NCBI GenBank assembly: GCA_964481175.1 | Contig: CAYZSZ010000001.1 | Location: 1,602 to 65,601 of the forward strand | From: an uncultured Candidatus Saccharibacteria bacterium | Lineage (GTDB): Bacteria; Patescibacteriota; Minisyncoccia; Phycocordibacterales; PALSA-1337 | Length of the DNA stretch: 64,000 nt | Direction: 5' to 3' | In this document: positions 27,920 through 37,657 of the stretch, piece after piece | Numbering within the stretch: position 1 is the first letter of the stretch | Layout of the letters: each line of letters opens with the position of its first letter | Notes under the pieces: model-generated | Told to the model about the DNA's origin: nothing | Database searches by the model: none | The model's input: only the letters and a program-made list of their open reading frames with translations | Made by a program: the position numbers and the translations under genes

Positions 27920-29209
27920 ATGAGTAGTGAAGAAAATAAAAAATCTGTAGTCACCAGATTCCCGCCGAGCCCGACGGGTTTTCTTCATATTGGAAGAGCA
28001 CGAACAGCATTGTTCAACTATCTCTACGCTCGAAAAAATAATGGCAAACTTATCTTTAGACTAGAAGACACAGACAAAGCTCGTTCAAAACCGGAGTTCG
28101 AGCAAAACTTTTACGATTGTTTAAACTGGCTCGGAATAAAATGGGACAATGAAAAAGTAATCAGGCAATCAGAGAGGACTGAAGTCTACAAAAACTACGT
28201 GCACAAAATGGTAAAAGAAGACAAGGCGTATATCTCAAAAGAAGAAAATGGAAACGAGGTTGTACGCTTCAGAAACCCAAATAAAAAAGTTACCTTCACT
28301 GACCTCATACGCGGTGACATTACTTTTGATACAACTGAGCTAGAAGACTTTATCATTGCTCGAAATATCAACGAGCCGCTATACCACCTGACAGCTGTCG
28401 TAGATGACTTTGAGGGCGGCATCACACATGTGATCCGGGGTGACGACGGTATATCAAATACTCCTCGGCAGATCCTCATCCAGGAAGCGATCGGCGCACC
28501 AAAGCCCGTATATGCTCATTTACCGCTTATTCTAGCTGCAGACAGATCAAAGCTTTCAGGTAGACATGGTGCTGTATCGGTAACTGAGTACAAAGATGCT
28601 GGATATCTCCCTGAAGCACTTACAAACTACCTAGCACTCCTCGGTTGGAACCCAGGAACTGAGCAAGAGATATTTTCAATGGACGAGCTCATCCAAGCTT
28701 TTGACCTTACCAAAGTAAACAAAGCTGGTGCAGTCTTTAATCCAGAAAAACTAAAATGGTTCAATAAGCAGTACATTTCAAAGATGTCGCTCGACGAGTT
28801 CAAAAAAGCTGCTGCTCCTTTTGCCACTGATGTACCTGAAAAGCTGTGGCCTCTCCTAAAAGAGAGAACTATTATCCTAAGCGAGCTAAAAGACCTTTCT
28901 GAGTTTGATTTTCTTTCAAAGAAACCAGATTATCCAAAAGAAAAATTAAACTGGAAAGAGACTCCTGCAAACAAAGCGCGCCTAGAAGAAACAAAAAAAC
29001 TGGTCGAATCTGTATCTGATTTTACAAAAGAAAATGTAAAGTCTGCATTGTGGCCACTCGCTGAAAAAGAAGGGAAGGGGGAGGTCCTTTGGCCACTGCG
29101 CATTGCCCTATCAGGAAAAGACAAAAGCCCTGACCCATTTATACTCTGCGAACTTCTTGGAAAAGAAGAATCTCTTTCACGCATCAATCATGCGATATCT
29201 TTACTTTAG
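27920..29209 (+). CDS. gltX: glutamate--tRNA ligase
   Basis: 'RFPPSPTGFLHIGRARTALFNYL' (HIGH region) and 'KLSGRHG' (KMSKS variant). Confidence 0.85.
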   Translation: MSSEENKKSVVTRFPPSPTGFLHIGRARTALFNYLYARKNNGKLIFRLEDTDKARSKPEFEQNFYDCLNWLGIKWDNEKVIRQSERTEVYKNYVHKMVKEDKAYISKEENGNEVVRFRNPNKKVTFTDLIRGDITFDTTELEDFIIARNINEPLYHLTAVVDDFEGGITHVIRGDDGISNTPRQILIQEAIGAPKPVYAHLPLILAADRSKLSGRHGAVSVTEYKDAGYLPEALTNYLALLGWNPGTEQEIFSMDELIQAFDLTKVNKAGAVFNPEKLKWFNKQYISKMSLDEFKKAAAPFATDVPEKLWPLLKERTIILSELKDLSEFDFLSKKPDYPKEKLNWKETPANKARLEETKKLVESVSDFTKENVKSALWPLAEKEGKGEVLWPLRIALSGKDKSPDPFILCELLGKEESLSRINHAISLL

Positions 29210-30449
29210 TTTTTTAATATTCCTTTTTTCTTTTACGACTGCACACGGTGATACTGTTTCTGATCTAAAACAAAAGATCAGTGATCGAAACGTGACTATC
29301 CAAGCACTCGAAAAAGAAATACAGCAGTATCAGGTCCAAGTCGACAAAACTAACAAAGAAGCAAATACACTCCAAAACACAATAAACTCTTTGGACTTGT
29401 CTCGAAAAAAACTTGAAGCAGAAATAAAACTTACACAAAACAGGATTTCAAATCAAAACTCAGAAATCGAAAGACTCAAAATAAATATAAATGACAAAGA
29501 CGAGCGCATCATACACAGCCGCCGAGTCATCTCTGAAATCCTGAAAAAAGTATACTCATCTGACTCACAGTCACTAGCTGAGACGCTTGTAGGCTACGAG
29601 TCGCTGTCTTCATTTTGGGAATCAGTCGATAATCTTGTATCACTACAAGACAGCGCACGCGATCGCATAAAAGATTTGGCACAACTAAAAGTGAATTTAG
29701 AAAACAACAAAAAAGCAATAGAAAAAAAGAGGGAAGAGCTCGTCGTATTAAAGGCTGACCTTGCTGATCAGAGTTTCGCTCTTTCTGAAACAGCAAAAGA
29801 GAAGGCTGCCCTACTTAAAGAAACAAAAAATATTGAGGCAAACTACAAGGCTTTGATTGCTAACAAAGTTGCTCAAAAAGCTCAGTTCGAAAAAGAACTC
29901 TATGAGTATGAGTCTGCTCTAAAGATCGTTATCGACCCTGCGAGCCTACCGGCAACTGGTTCTGGTGTATTAAAATGGCCGCTTGATAAAGTGATTATCA
30001 CACAATACTTTGGAAACACTGCTTTTGCCACCCAAAACGCTCAGATATACAACGGTAAAGGCCACACAGGTATAGATCTCGGTGCGCCTGTTGGTACACC
30101 CGTTAAAGCGAGCCAGAGCGGTATCGTCACCGGTGTTGGAAATACTGACTTAGTAAGATCATGCTATTCATATGGCAAATGGATTTTTATAAAACATCCA
30201 AATGGCCTCTCGACACTCTATGCACACCTTTCAAACCAACTTGTAACGACTGGACAGACTGTTACAGCTGGTCAAACCATCGGCTATAGTGGAAACACCG
30301 GCTACTCTACTGGTCCGCACCTCCACTTTGGTGTATATGCAACCCAAGGAGTACGTGTGACAACATTTGATAATAGTATAAACTGTAAGGGTGTGCTTAT
30401 TCCTCTCGCAGATCCAAAAGCATACCTAAACCCTCTATCATATCTATGA
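29190..30449 (+). CDS. M23 peptidase with long N-terminal coiled coil (EnvC/NlpD-like)
   Basis: Signal peptide and coiled coil. C-terminal LytM domain 'GKGHTGIDLGAPVGTPVKA...HLHFGVY'. Confidence 0.75.
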   Translation: MRYLYFSFLIFLFSFTTAHGDTVSDLKQKISDRNVTIQALEKEIQQYQVQVDKTNKEANTLQNTINSLDLSRKKLEAEIKLTQNRISNQNSEIERLKININDKDERIIHSRRVISEILKKVYSSDSQSLAETLVGYESLSSFWESVDNLVSLQDSARDRIKDLAQLKVNLENNKKAIEKKREELVVLKADLADQSFALSETAKEKAALLKETKNIEANYKALIANKVAQKAQFEKELYEYESALKIVIDPASLPATGSGVLKWPLDKVIITQYFGNTAFATQNAQIYNGKGHTGIDLGAPVGTPVKASQSGIVTGVGNTDLVRSCYSYGKWIFIKHPNGLSTLYAHLSNQLVTTGQTVTAGQTIGYSGNTGYSTGPHLHFGVYATQGVRVTTFDNSINCKGVLIPLADPKAYLNPLSYL

Positions 30450-30712
30450 TTAAAACAATTATTTACATTATTATTGGAGTCGTCATTTTGAGCTATTTAG
30501 GAGTCGATATAAAAAGGGCAGTGGAGTCCCCTACAACAAAAGAAAATTTTTCATACGTCACTCAAGCAGGTATATATGTCTGGGATCATGTTTTGGAAAA
30601 GCCAGCGACATACATTTGGAATGAAGTAGTCGTAGATCTGATCTGGGATAGTCTGATAGAAAAGTTAAAGAATAATCCACCAAAGATCGACACAACAACG
30701 CAAACAAAATAA
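30446..30712 (+). CDS. small membrane protein, hypothetical
   Basis: 88-aa ORF translationally coupled (ATGA) to the M23 peptidase gene; N-terminal TM helix. Confidence 0.4.
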   Translation: MIKTIIYIIIGVVILSYLGVDIKRAVESPTTKENFSYVTQAGIYVWDHVLEKPATYIWNEVVVDLIWDSLIEKLKNNPPKIDTTTQTK

Positions 30713-30716
30713 GCAG

Positions 30717-30752
30717 CCCGGGGCGGAGAACACATTCCAACCCCGGGTTTTG
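30717..30752 (+). terminator. rho-independent terminator
   Basis: Perfect 7-bp stem CCCGGGG/CCCCGGG followed by TTTT. Confidence 0.6.
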
Positions 30753-30842
30753 TATATAGAAGTATGTCGTAAAAGATATATTGTACGACATCTACCTATA
30801 GGAAAAGAAGGACCTTAAACAGTCCCTCCCTTTCTTTAACTA

Positions 30843-31121
30843 TTAACTTTTATACATTTCTTCGCTAATCTTTTTTAAATCATTTATAATCTTTTCATCA
30901 GTTATTTTTTGGAATCTATCGAACGTTTTTCCTTCTTTAGTTACTTGTTCAAAAAACATATCGAATGGTCGTAACCAGTATTTTGGTTCTTTTGAAAGGC
31001 TGCGGTATACAATAAACTTTGACTCATCCTCGGTGTGGTATCCTTCCCCAAGCACTTCATATGCGAAATTAGTAAGATCTTTTGGATCGTGTTTGTAGTG
31101 ATAATAAAATTTTGTTTTCAT
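30843..31121 (-). CDS. DUF1653-family protein
   Basis: '...HYKHDPKDLTNFAYEVLGEGYHTEDESKFIVYRSLSKEPKYWLRPFDMFFEQV...' matches the DUF1653 pattern (YRHYKG...HTE...VVY...WVRP..MF). Confidence 0.55.
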   Translation of the reverse strand: MKTKFYYHYKHDPKDLTNFAYEVLGEGYHTEDESKFIVYRSLSKEPKYWLRPFDMFFEQVTKEGKTFDRFQKITDEKIINDLKKISEEMYKS

Positions 31122-31197
31122 TTATATAGTATATCAAAATACAAACCCCACACATGCTATTTCAATGTGCGGGGGTGTTTTGCTCGAACCAGAGGTA

Positions 31198-31911
31198 TTA
31201 TCTGACCTTGATTCGGTATTCGATAGCAACGTCGACGATTTGAAGACCGTATGCTCGAAGCTTTGCGTCGAGCGGCACAAGCGCTGCACACAACTTTGCT
31301 TTTTCCGTAAGGAACTGTGTGCTATGCACAGGATTACTCGGGTATGATGCCAATGCGGCTTTAATCACCGCATTCTCAGGAGAGTCCTCGATTATTTTTC
31401 GAATCAAAGGCGTCCTGAGATCATCGCGACTGAAAGTCTCGCTTGTGAAAAGATTGTACTCGACCAAGAGCTTGGCTCTCGCCAGCAGGTCAGCACGCGA
31501 GTTTGAGCCCGTATAGGTTATGACCACTATCCAGTCACTGTTGGTTCCACCGACAAAGCCGACAGTTTGCGGATCAAAGATGGATGAAACAGCCACTTGA
31601 TGCAAAGAAAGAGCGCGCCGGCCATCGCTGAAGTTGTTGTTCCAACGTGACTGTGAGATGATGCCCGAGGCAGTTGGTTCGGCCACATACTCGAACTTGC
31701 CGTTCTTGTCGAAGACGGCGTACGTAGCGTTCTGAGACTCGAAGAAAAATGGGCTTGCTACGAGCGCGGCCCCGATCGCAAACACCACCACGGTGACGCA
31801 TCGGTCTTTTTTTCTCTTGAACGCTCCGGGGAGTCCGAGCAAGCTGACACAAAAAAAGACAAACCCAAAGATGACGGCAAGGGCCCAGAGAATCTGAATG
31901 ATTTCCGACAT
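31198..31911 (-). CDS. membrane-anchored hypothetical protein (GC-rich gene)
   Basis: 237-aa ORF with N-terminal TM helices. Sits in a patch with higher GC than its flanks. Confidence 0.45.
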   Translation of the reverse strand: MSEIIQILWALAVIFGFVFFCVSLLGLPGAFKRKKDRCVTVVVFAIGAALVASPFFFESQNATYAVFDKNGKFEYVAEPTASGIISQSRWNNNFSDGRRALSLHQVAVSSIFDPQTVGFVGGTNSDWIVVITYTGSNSRADLLARAKLLVEYNLFTSETFSRDDLRTPLIRKIIEDSPENAVIKAALASYPSNPVHSTQFLTEKAKLCAALVPLDAKLRAYGLQIVDVAIEYRIKVR

Positions 31912-32036
31912 ACAAGTTTGATTTGAAGTGACATGCTACAACCTCCCCTCTTCCGAGAGTGTAAAAGCAAACGATTTTAGGTTGTTAAATTCTTTGCATA
32001 AACTACCATCATTATACTAGTATGTCAATGACAAAG

Positions 32037-32066
32037 AAAACCACCCGATATGGGTGGTTTTCTTTT
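32037..32066 (-). terminator. terminator after lytic-transglycosylase gene (palindromic hairpin)
   Basis: ACCACCC-GATAT-GGGTGGT hairpin flanked by A-run and T-run. Confidence 0.55.
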
Positions 32067-32071
32067 GAGTA

Positions 32072-32521
32072 TTATCTCATTGCTACTTCATAGTTCTTTA
32101 GATTCTTTCCCCAACATTTTGATGAGGCATACCATGGAGCGGCACCGTCTTTGTCATAGATATACTTGGCATATGCCATGTTACCTTCTACTGAGTAAAT
32201 ATCGTATCCGAGCTTCTTAGCTTGATCAAGGTGGAATCGTTCATTGATTTGCATCACCCCAATATCGTTACTATCTTTCAAACCTCGTAAGATTTTCCCT
32301 GAATCAGTAAAGTGGACGAAACCAGATTCACATCGAGCAATTTCCGCGAGGACTGGAGTGTCTGCATAGTACTCACGAACATAGTGTTCAAGAGTCTTAG
32401 GAGACTGAACTTGCTCTATAACAGGAGTTTGATTTTGACTTACAACAACTGACTGTGTCGTGGTCGCTGCTCCGTATACTGATGAGAGAAAGAACACGAA
32501 CCCTGTAGTCATATTTATCAT
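32072..32521 (-). CDS. secreted lysozyme-like / lytic transglycosylase (SLT-domain) protein
   Basis: Signal peptide, then 'EIARCESGF...DIGVMQIN' catalytic Glu and GLMQ-like motif of SLT domains. Confidence 0.6.
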   Translation of the reverse strand: MINMTTGFVFFLSSVYGAATTTQSVVVSQNQTPVIEQVQSPKTLEHYVREYYADTPVLAEIARCESGFVHFTDSGKILRGLKDSNDIGVMQINERFHLDQAKKLGYDIYSVEGNMAYAKYIYDKDGAAPWYASSKCWGKNLKNYEVAMR

Positions 32522-32876
32522 AAATTTAAAATCGAGTACTAATTGATTCGTACTCGACTACCCCTATATACTAGCACCTTTGGACGTAAAAGTCAAGGCT
32601 TTTCGCTCAATCCCCTGCACCCTTTCATAGGCCTCAAACCCCTCTCCGAAGCGTCTATTTTATGGCTCAAAATAAGGATATTCTCACTCTTTATGCGAGG
32701 CATGCCACCGCACCAAGGTAGCCCGAAAACAGCCCCGTTTTTAGAGGCCAAAAACGCAGGAGTAGGGGGTAGGTCCGCCTTCCCTACCCTAGCTTCAGCT
32801 TTGGTTGGGAAATAGGCAAAAACAACCCCTAAACCAGCCAAAAAAGTGATAAAACTGATAGAAATGAGGTACTTCA

Positions 32877-32905
32877 TTGATTTTTTAAAGGCTATGGTGT
32901 ATAGT
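32877..32905 (+). promoter_or_regulatory. sigma70-like promoter TTGATT-N17-TATAGT upstream of rpmA
   Basis: -35 at 32877-32882, 17-nt spacer, -10 at 32900-32905, about 15 nt before the start codon region. Confidence 0.45.
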
Positions 32906-32919
32906 ATATCAACAAATTT

Positions 32920-33192
32920 ATGGCAACCAAAAAAGCTGCAGGTGCATCGAAAAACGGTAGAGATTCAGGTCCACAATACCTGGGTGTTAAGATTTCTGAT
33001 GGCGACAAAGCAATTGTAGGTCAGATTATTGTTCGACAGCGTGGTACTCGTATCATGCCTGGTAAAAACGTTGGTATGGGAAAGGATCACACTCTCTTTG
33101 CTCTCAAGGACGGAAAGGTAAACTTTTCAACCAAACGAAAGATAAACTTCGACAACACAGTTAGCCGAAAGAATATCGTCCACGTAATCTAA
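32920..33192 (+). CDS. rpmA: 50S ribosomal protein L27
   Basis: '[24 protein letters not shown]...' matches L27. Confidence 0.9.
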   Translation: MATKKAAGASKNGRDSGPQYLGVKISDGDKAIVGQIIVRQRGTRIMPGKNVGMGKDHTLFALKDGKVNFSTKRKINFDNTVSRKNIVHVI

Positions 33193-33193
33193 A

Positions 33194-33619
33194 TTACTTT
33201 GACTTAATAGAGAGAGTAAAGGTAGCTGATTTGTCAGCTACTTTTACTTTTATAGTGTGATCACCGACCTCTTTGAGTGGTTTGTCGAGTACGATGTGTT
33301 CTGGTTTGAAACCGACAAGTTCAGCGATCTCTTTTGCGTGCAGCCCAGCAAATAGATGACCCTTATCATTTGTCTTTCCAGTATAGACAACGGTAGTGCC
33401 GTTGAGTGCTGCGAGAGACTTCGCAATCAATTCTTCTTGGACCTTTTTCTCACCTGTCTCACGGGCAATCTCGAGAGCCACTCGCTTTACTGCATCAGGA
33501 GTAGCAGGTATCGCTAGCCGCTGTGGAATAAGAGAGTTTACAGCAAATCCATCAGCTACTTCTTTTGTTTCATAACGCTTCCCTATCTTTGCAACATCTT
33601 TAAGTAATATGATCTTCAT
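33194..33619 (-). CDS. rplI: 50S ribosomal protein L9
   Basis: 'MKIILLKDVAKIGKRYETKEVADGFAVNSLIP' is the L9 N-domain. Confidence 0.9.
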   Translation of the reverse strand: MKIILLKDVAKIGKRYETKEVADGFAVNSLIPQRLAIPATPDAVKRVALEIARETGEKKVQEELIAKSLAALNGTTVVYTGKTNDKGHLFAGLHAKEIAELVGFKPEHIVLDKPLKEVGDHTIKVKVADKSATFTLSIKSK

Positions 33620-33628
33620 ATCCCTATA

Positions 33629-34933
33629 TTAGGGTAATGCGTTCAAAATTTCAACTGCCTTGAGCATCTGTACATCTCTTTTTGCATCTATATCGGCCTG
33701 GGTTACTTTTACCTCTACGTCAGGGTCGAGACCGTTCTTTGAGAGATTGATACCGTTTGGAGTAAGCCATCGAGCGATCGTCACTTTGAGTGAAGTGTCT
33801 GGAGTAATTTTGATGAGCTCCTGGACAGATCCTTTTCCGAAAGTCTTTGTTCCGACGAGGCGAGCTACTCCTTGCTCTTTTAGCGCTCCTGCAAGGATCT
33901 CAGAGGCAGATGCTGATCCACCGTCTACGAGGATGACCATCTGGAGCTTGTCACTAAACACATTGTAGCCCTTGCTGCGATATGCGCGGGGAGCTGAATT
34001 TTTACCAAAGTCCTCAGTCACGATCACTTTTCCTGCTGGGAGGAACCATGAAGCCATATCTACAGCTGCTTCTAGATAACCACCTGGGTTACCACGGAGA
34101 TCGAGTACTAGCTTGTGAGAACCAGACTTTATAAATTCTCGCAAAGCATCACGGAATAGATTTGGTGAGGTAGCGGTAAAGCTAAAGAGTCGGATTACGA
34201 ACACGCCGTCTGCACGAAGCCCTACTGGAGATGGAACGGCTGTTGTACCCTGACCCACAACAGTGCCAGGTTTTACTTCGGTTTCAATAGTAGGCATATT
34301 GATCGTATCTCGGACTATTGTGCGTTCTACTGGAGAAGAAGCTCCTATAGGCACCACGGTAAGGCGTACTTTTGTACCTGCTGGACCACGGATGAGTTTG
34401 ACCGCTTTGTCGACAGACATTTCGTTTGTGACTGTATCGTCAATCTTTACGATACGATCCCCTGTCTTCATGCCTGCCTTTTCTGCAGGACTGCCTTTGA
34501 GAGGAGCGATCACGGTGAGGACATTGTCCTTTTTACCCACTTCCATACCCACACCACCAAAACTACCAGCGATATCGCTTGCAAACATCTCACTTTCTTC
34601 TGGAGGGAAAAAGACAGTGTACGGATCTCCAAGAGAGCTTACAAGTCCCTGCATTGCACCGTATATCTTTTCCTGATTTGGAGTAGAGGTAGCACCCACG
34701 TATTTTTGTTCGAGAGTATTCCAGACTTTCCAAAAAGGAGCAAAGTCTTTGTCAGAAATCGATGCGGTGTCGATTTTTAGAGCTGGTTGTGAGTAGCCTG
34801 AAACAGGACGTGTGTGCTGACCGAGTAAAAAAGAACCTCCTGCTAAAACTACGAGCCCGACGATGATAACAATCTTCTTTTCGAAATGCTGATTCATATA
34901 CTCCATTATCTCAAACAAAGCACGCAACCGCAA
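33629..34933 (-). CDS. ctpA: S41 C-terminal processing (tail-specific) peptidase with PDZ domain
   Basis: PDZ domain and S41 motifs 'LDLRGNPGGYLEAAV' and '...TFGKGSVQ'. Confidence 0.85.
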   Translation of the reverse strand: MRLRALFEIMEYMNQHFEKKIVIIVGLVVLAGGSFLLGQHTRPVSGYSQPALKIDTASISDKDFAPFWKVWNTLEQKYVGATSTPNQEKIYGAMQGLVSSLGDPYTVFFPPEESEMFASDIAGSFGGVGMEVGKKDNVLTVIAPLKGSPAEKAGMKTGDRIVKIDDTVTNEMSVDKAVKLIRGPAGTKVRLTVVPIGASSPVERTIVRDTINMPTIETEVKPGTVVGQGTTAVPSPVGLRADGVFVIRLFSFTATSPNLFRDALREFIKSGSHKLVLDLRGNPGGYLEAAVDMASWFLPAGKVIVTEDFGKNSAPRAYRSKGYNVFSDKLQMVILVDGGSASASEILAGALKEQGVARLVGTKTFGKGSVQELIKITPDTSLKVTIARWLTPNGINLSKNGLDPDVEVKVTQADIDAKRDVQMLKAVEILNALP

Positions 34934-35877
34934 TGGAAAAGTCTCTTTTTTCGGTATATACTGTGTCCATGATTCAAAAATACACCTATAAGCGCCTCAC
35001 CTGGATAGATCTCGAGTCCCCAACAAGCGACGAAGTAGCCAAAGTGATGAACGAGTACAAGCTCCACCCCCTCGTCGCCGAAGAGCTTTTACAAAAAAGT
35101 CTAAAACCAAAAGTAGATTTTTATAATGACTATATATATTTGATCCTACATATCCCTGTTCGTACCAAAAACGAAGTAAAAGACCAGGAAGTAGACTTTG
35201 TTATCGGCAAAGATTTTATCATCACCACAAAGTACGACACCGTTGAACCACTCCACAATTTTTCAAAGATGTTCGAAGTAAATTCGATTTTGGACAAAAG
35301 CGGCATCGGCGAACATGCTGGCTTTATCTTTTACCACATGATCAAGCGGCTTTATAAAAACATGGCTCACGAGCTCGATGCTATCCGTGGACAGCTCATC
35401 CAGGCAGAAAAACATATCTTTGCTGGAAATGAAAAAGACATGGTACGTGAGCTTTCAAATCTTTCTCGAGAGCTGATCGACTTCAAACAGTCGACTCGAA
35501 TGCATCACTCTATCCTGGAGGATTTTGCTACTGTCTCACGTGGCTTTTTTGGTGAAAGTTTTGAATACTATACCGAAGATATCCAGTCTGAGTTTACAAA
35601 GGTGCACGATATGATGCTCAACAACAAAGAGCTTGTTACTGATTTGCGAGATACCAACGACTCACTCCTCTCTACAAAGCAGAACGAAACTATGAAGACA
35701 CTCACCATCATGGCTTTTGTCACCTTCCCTCTTTCATTGATTACCGATATTTTCTCTATGCACACTACCCATGCACCGATCCTTGGATCACTATATGATT
35801 TCGAAATAATTCTCGGCATCATGTGTCTCGCTTCGATCATCATGTTTTCAGTATTTAAATACAAAAAATGGCTCTAG
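34933..35877 (+). CDS. CorA-superfamily divalent-cation transporter with atypical loop motif
   Basis: CorA-like length and C-terminal two-TM hairpin, but 'FSMHT' where CorA has 'YGMNF'. Confidence 0.5.
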   Translation: MEKSLFSVYTVSMIQKYTYKRLTWIDLESPTSDEVAKVMNEYKLHPLVAEELLQKSLKPKVDFYNDYIYLILHIPVRTKNEVKDQEVDFVIGKDFIITTKYDTVEPLHNFSKMFEVNSILDKSGIGEHAGFIFYHMIKRLYKNMAHELDAIRGQLIQAEKHIFAGNEKDMVRELSNLSRELIDFKQSTRMHHSILEDFATVSRGFFGESFEYYTEDIQSEFTKVHDMMLNNKELVTDLRDTNDSLLSTKQNETMKTLTIMAFVTFPLSLITDIFSMHTTHAPILGSLYDFEIILGIMCLASIIMFSVFKYKKWL

Positions 35878-37211
35878 AACTATACAACTCACTCACAAAG
35901 AAAAAAGAAATATTTACACCACTTGTTCCAGGAAAAGTAGGTATGTATCACTGTGGACCGACAGTCTATGATACCGCTCACATTGGAAACTTTAGAACTT
36001 ACGTGTTCAACGATATTCTTCGACGATCCTTCGAATACCTCGGATACGAAGTAAAACAAGTGATGAATATCACAGATGTCGACGATAAAACAGTGCGAAA
36101 TAGCCAAGCACAAGGAATTCGTCTGGATGTTTTTACGCAAAAATATACTGATCTGTTCTTGTCAGATTTACAAAAATTAAATATCAAAAAACCGCATGTT
36201 CTTCCACTTGCAACTGAGTATATAAAAGAAATGGTAGACATGATCGGCGCACTTATTGAAAAAGACATTGCATACGTATCTGAAGACGGGGTTTACATGA
36301 GTATTGGCTTAGTCAAAGATTACGGCGAACTTGCTGGAATCAAACTCACCGACACTGTGCAATCACGAATAAATAATGATGAGTATGAAAAAGAAAATCC
36401 TCGTGATTTTGCACTGTGGAAGTTCCACGTTGAAAGCGACGGTGAAGTAGTTTGGCCTGCTCCGTTTGGAGATGGGCGACCTGGTTGGCACATCGAGTGT
36501 TCTGCAATGTCCATAAAAAATCTTGGCGAAACGTTAGACGTTCACACTGGAGGAATCGATCTAATGTTCCCTCACCATGTAAATGAGATTGCTCAATCAG
36601 AATCTGCGACTGGAAAGAAATTCGTAAACTACTGGTTACATGGAGCATTCATAAATGTGAACGACACAAAGATGGCAAAATCAAAAGGAAACTTTCTTAA
36701 GATTTCTGATTTAGAAAAAAACCAAATCTCACCGATTGCCTACCGCTATTGGCTTCTCACTTCACACTACCGAACACAGGTAAACTTTACACTCGAAGCA
36801 GTCGAAGCAGGCCAAAATGCCTTTATCCGCCTCGCTCACCATGTTGCAGAATGGGGTACTCCTGGAAAAGTCTCTGCGGACTACAAAAAAATGTTTATCT
36901 CTGCACTCGAAGACGATATCGACATGCCACGAGCCCTAGCCCTCGCACACGAACTCTCTCACGACGAGACACTCTCTGATGCGGACAAGCTCGCTACCCT
37001 TCTTGATTTCGACAAAGTCTTCGGCCTTGGTCTCGAAGCTTTTACAAACATCATCATCCCCGAAGAAATCATCGCATTGGCTGAGGTCCGTGAAGAAGCT
37101 CGAAAAGCAAAAGACTTTGCAAAATCAGATGCGTTACGAAAAGAAATTGAGGACAGAGGTTATATTTTGAAAGACACAGCGGACGGATATAAAGTTGACA
37201 GGAAGATTTAG
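35868..37211 (+). CDS. cysS: cysteine--tRNA ligase
   Basis: 'HCGPTVYDTAHIGNFRTYV' (HIGH region) and 'KMAKSKGN' (KMSKS). Confidence 0.9.
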   Translation: MALELYNSLTKKKEIFTPLVPGKVGMYHCGPTVYDTAHIGNFRTYVFNDILRRSFEYLGYEVKQVMNITDVDDKTVRNSQAQGIRLDVFTQKYTDLFLSDLQKLNIKKPHVLPLATEYIKEMVDMIGALIEKDIAYVSEDGVYMSIGLVKDYGELAGIKLTDTVQSRINNDEYEKENPRDFALWKFHVESDGEVVWPAPFGDGRPGWHIECSAMSIKNLGETLDVHTGGIDLMFPHHVNEIAQSESATGKKFVNYWLHGAFINVNDTKMAKSKGNFLKISDLEKNQISPIAYRYWLLTSHYRTQVNFTLEAVEAGQNAFIRLAHHVAEWGTPGKVSADYKKMFISALEDDIDMPRALALAHELSHDETLSDADKLATLLDFDKVFGLGLEAFTNIIIPEEIIALAEVREEARKAKDFAKSDALRKEIEDRGYILKDTADGYKVDRKI

Positions 37212-37227
37212 AGGAGTAGTATATTGA

Positions 37228-37506
37228 CTACATCTTGCGAGGTATTATCCCTCTCATCGGCACTATAGCTGGGGGCAAGATATGACAAAATCCGCTTCGG
37301 CGGATTTTGTTTTTTGTAGATTTTTCTAAAAGTAAAAATCTCCTTATTTGGTCGGGTCTACTTCTCTCTTTCCTACCTTTTCTTAAAATGTGATTAAATC
37401 CGGAGTTGGTAAAGTACACGCGTTGATTTAGAACTGCGCAATAGACTGGCTTTAGTGACAAGTAGTATTTCCTGTATTTTTCTAAATTTTCTTCATAGCT
37501 ACTCAT
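37228..37506 (-). CDS. small basic protein, paralogue A of 40054-40389
   Basis: 'YYLSLKPVYCAVLNQRVYFTNSGFNHILRKGRKERSRPDQIRRFLLL' aligns with 'LYKSLKPVFCPALQDWVYFNDHGFRHILVKNNRTRPKSDQIRRFRLL' in the other copy. The ORF reads through the hairpin. Confidence 0.45.
   Translation of the reverse strand: MSSYEENLEKYRKYYLSLKPVYCAVLNQRVYFTNSGFNHILRKGRKERSRPDQIRRFLLLEKSTKNKIRRSGFCHILPPAIVPMRGIIPRKM
37278..37306 (+). terminator. rho-independent terminator after cysS; same palindrome recurs at 40395-40415
   Basis: AAATCCGC-TTCG-GCGGATTT hairpin followed by TGTTTTTT. Confidence 0.6.
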
Positions 37507-37657
37507 CTCCTCACCATACCAAAACCGTGATGAAATCTTTGTGAAATTTAAAAGCAGTGAGGACCTGCTTCGTTTTAAAAGATGTGCACAGTTTAGACAC
37601 AGGTTTTTCAACTTTGTAAGTATGGTATTGCCAGTACTATGCGTGTAAAATACCTAC

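Noticed and set aside
31574-31970. Overlapping minus-strand ORFs (113 aa, 70 aa) alongside the 31198-31911 gene
   Set aside because: Alternative frames in a GC-rich patch; the longer membrane-protein frame is the more plausible.
32557-32876. Attempted identification of the GC-rich islands (also 13856-13990 and 41980-42276) as RNase P RNA, SRP RNA or tmRNA
   Set aside because: By-eye comparison to conserved blocks (GGAAAGUCCGG/ACAGAANCCGGCUUA of RNase P; GGAAGCAGCC of SRP; T-arm/CCA end of tmRNA) gave only partial, unconvincing matches; left as unclassified candidates.
32543-32877. ORFs on both strands (90 aa plus; 94 aa minus with signal-peptide-like start) in the GC-rich island
   Set aside because: Composition is unlike neighbouring genes and there is no SD sequence. 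Reported instead as a candidate RNA, with the secreted-peptide reading kept as an alternative.
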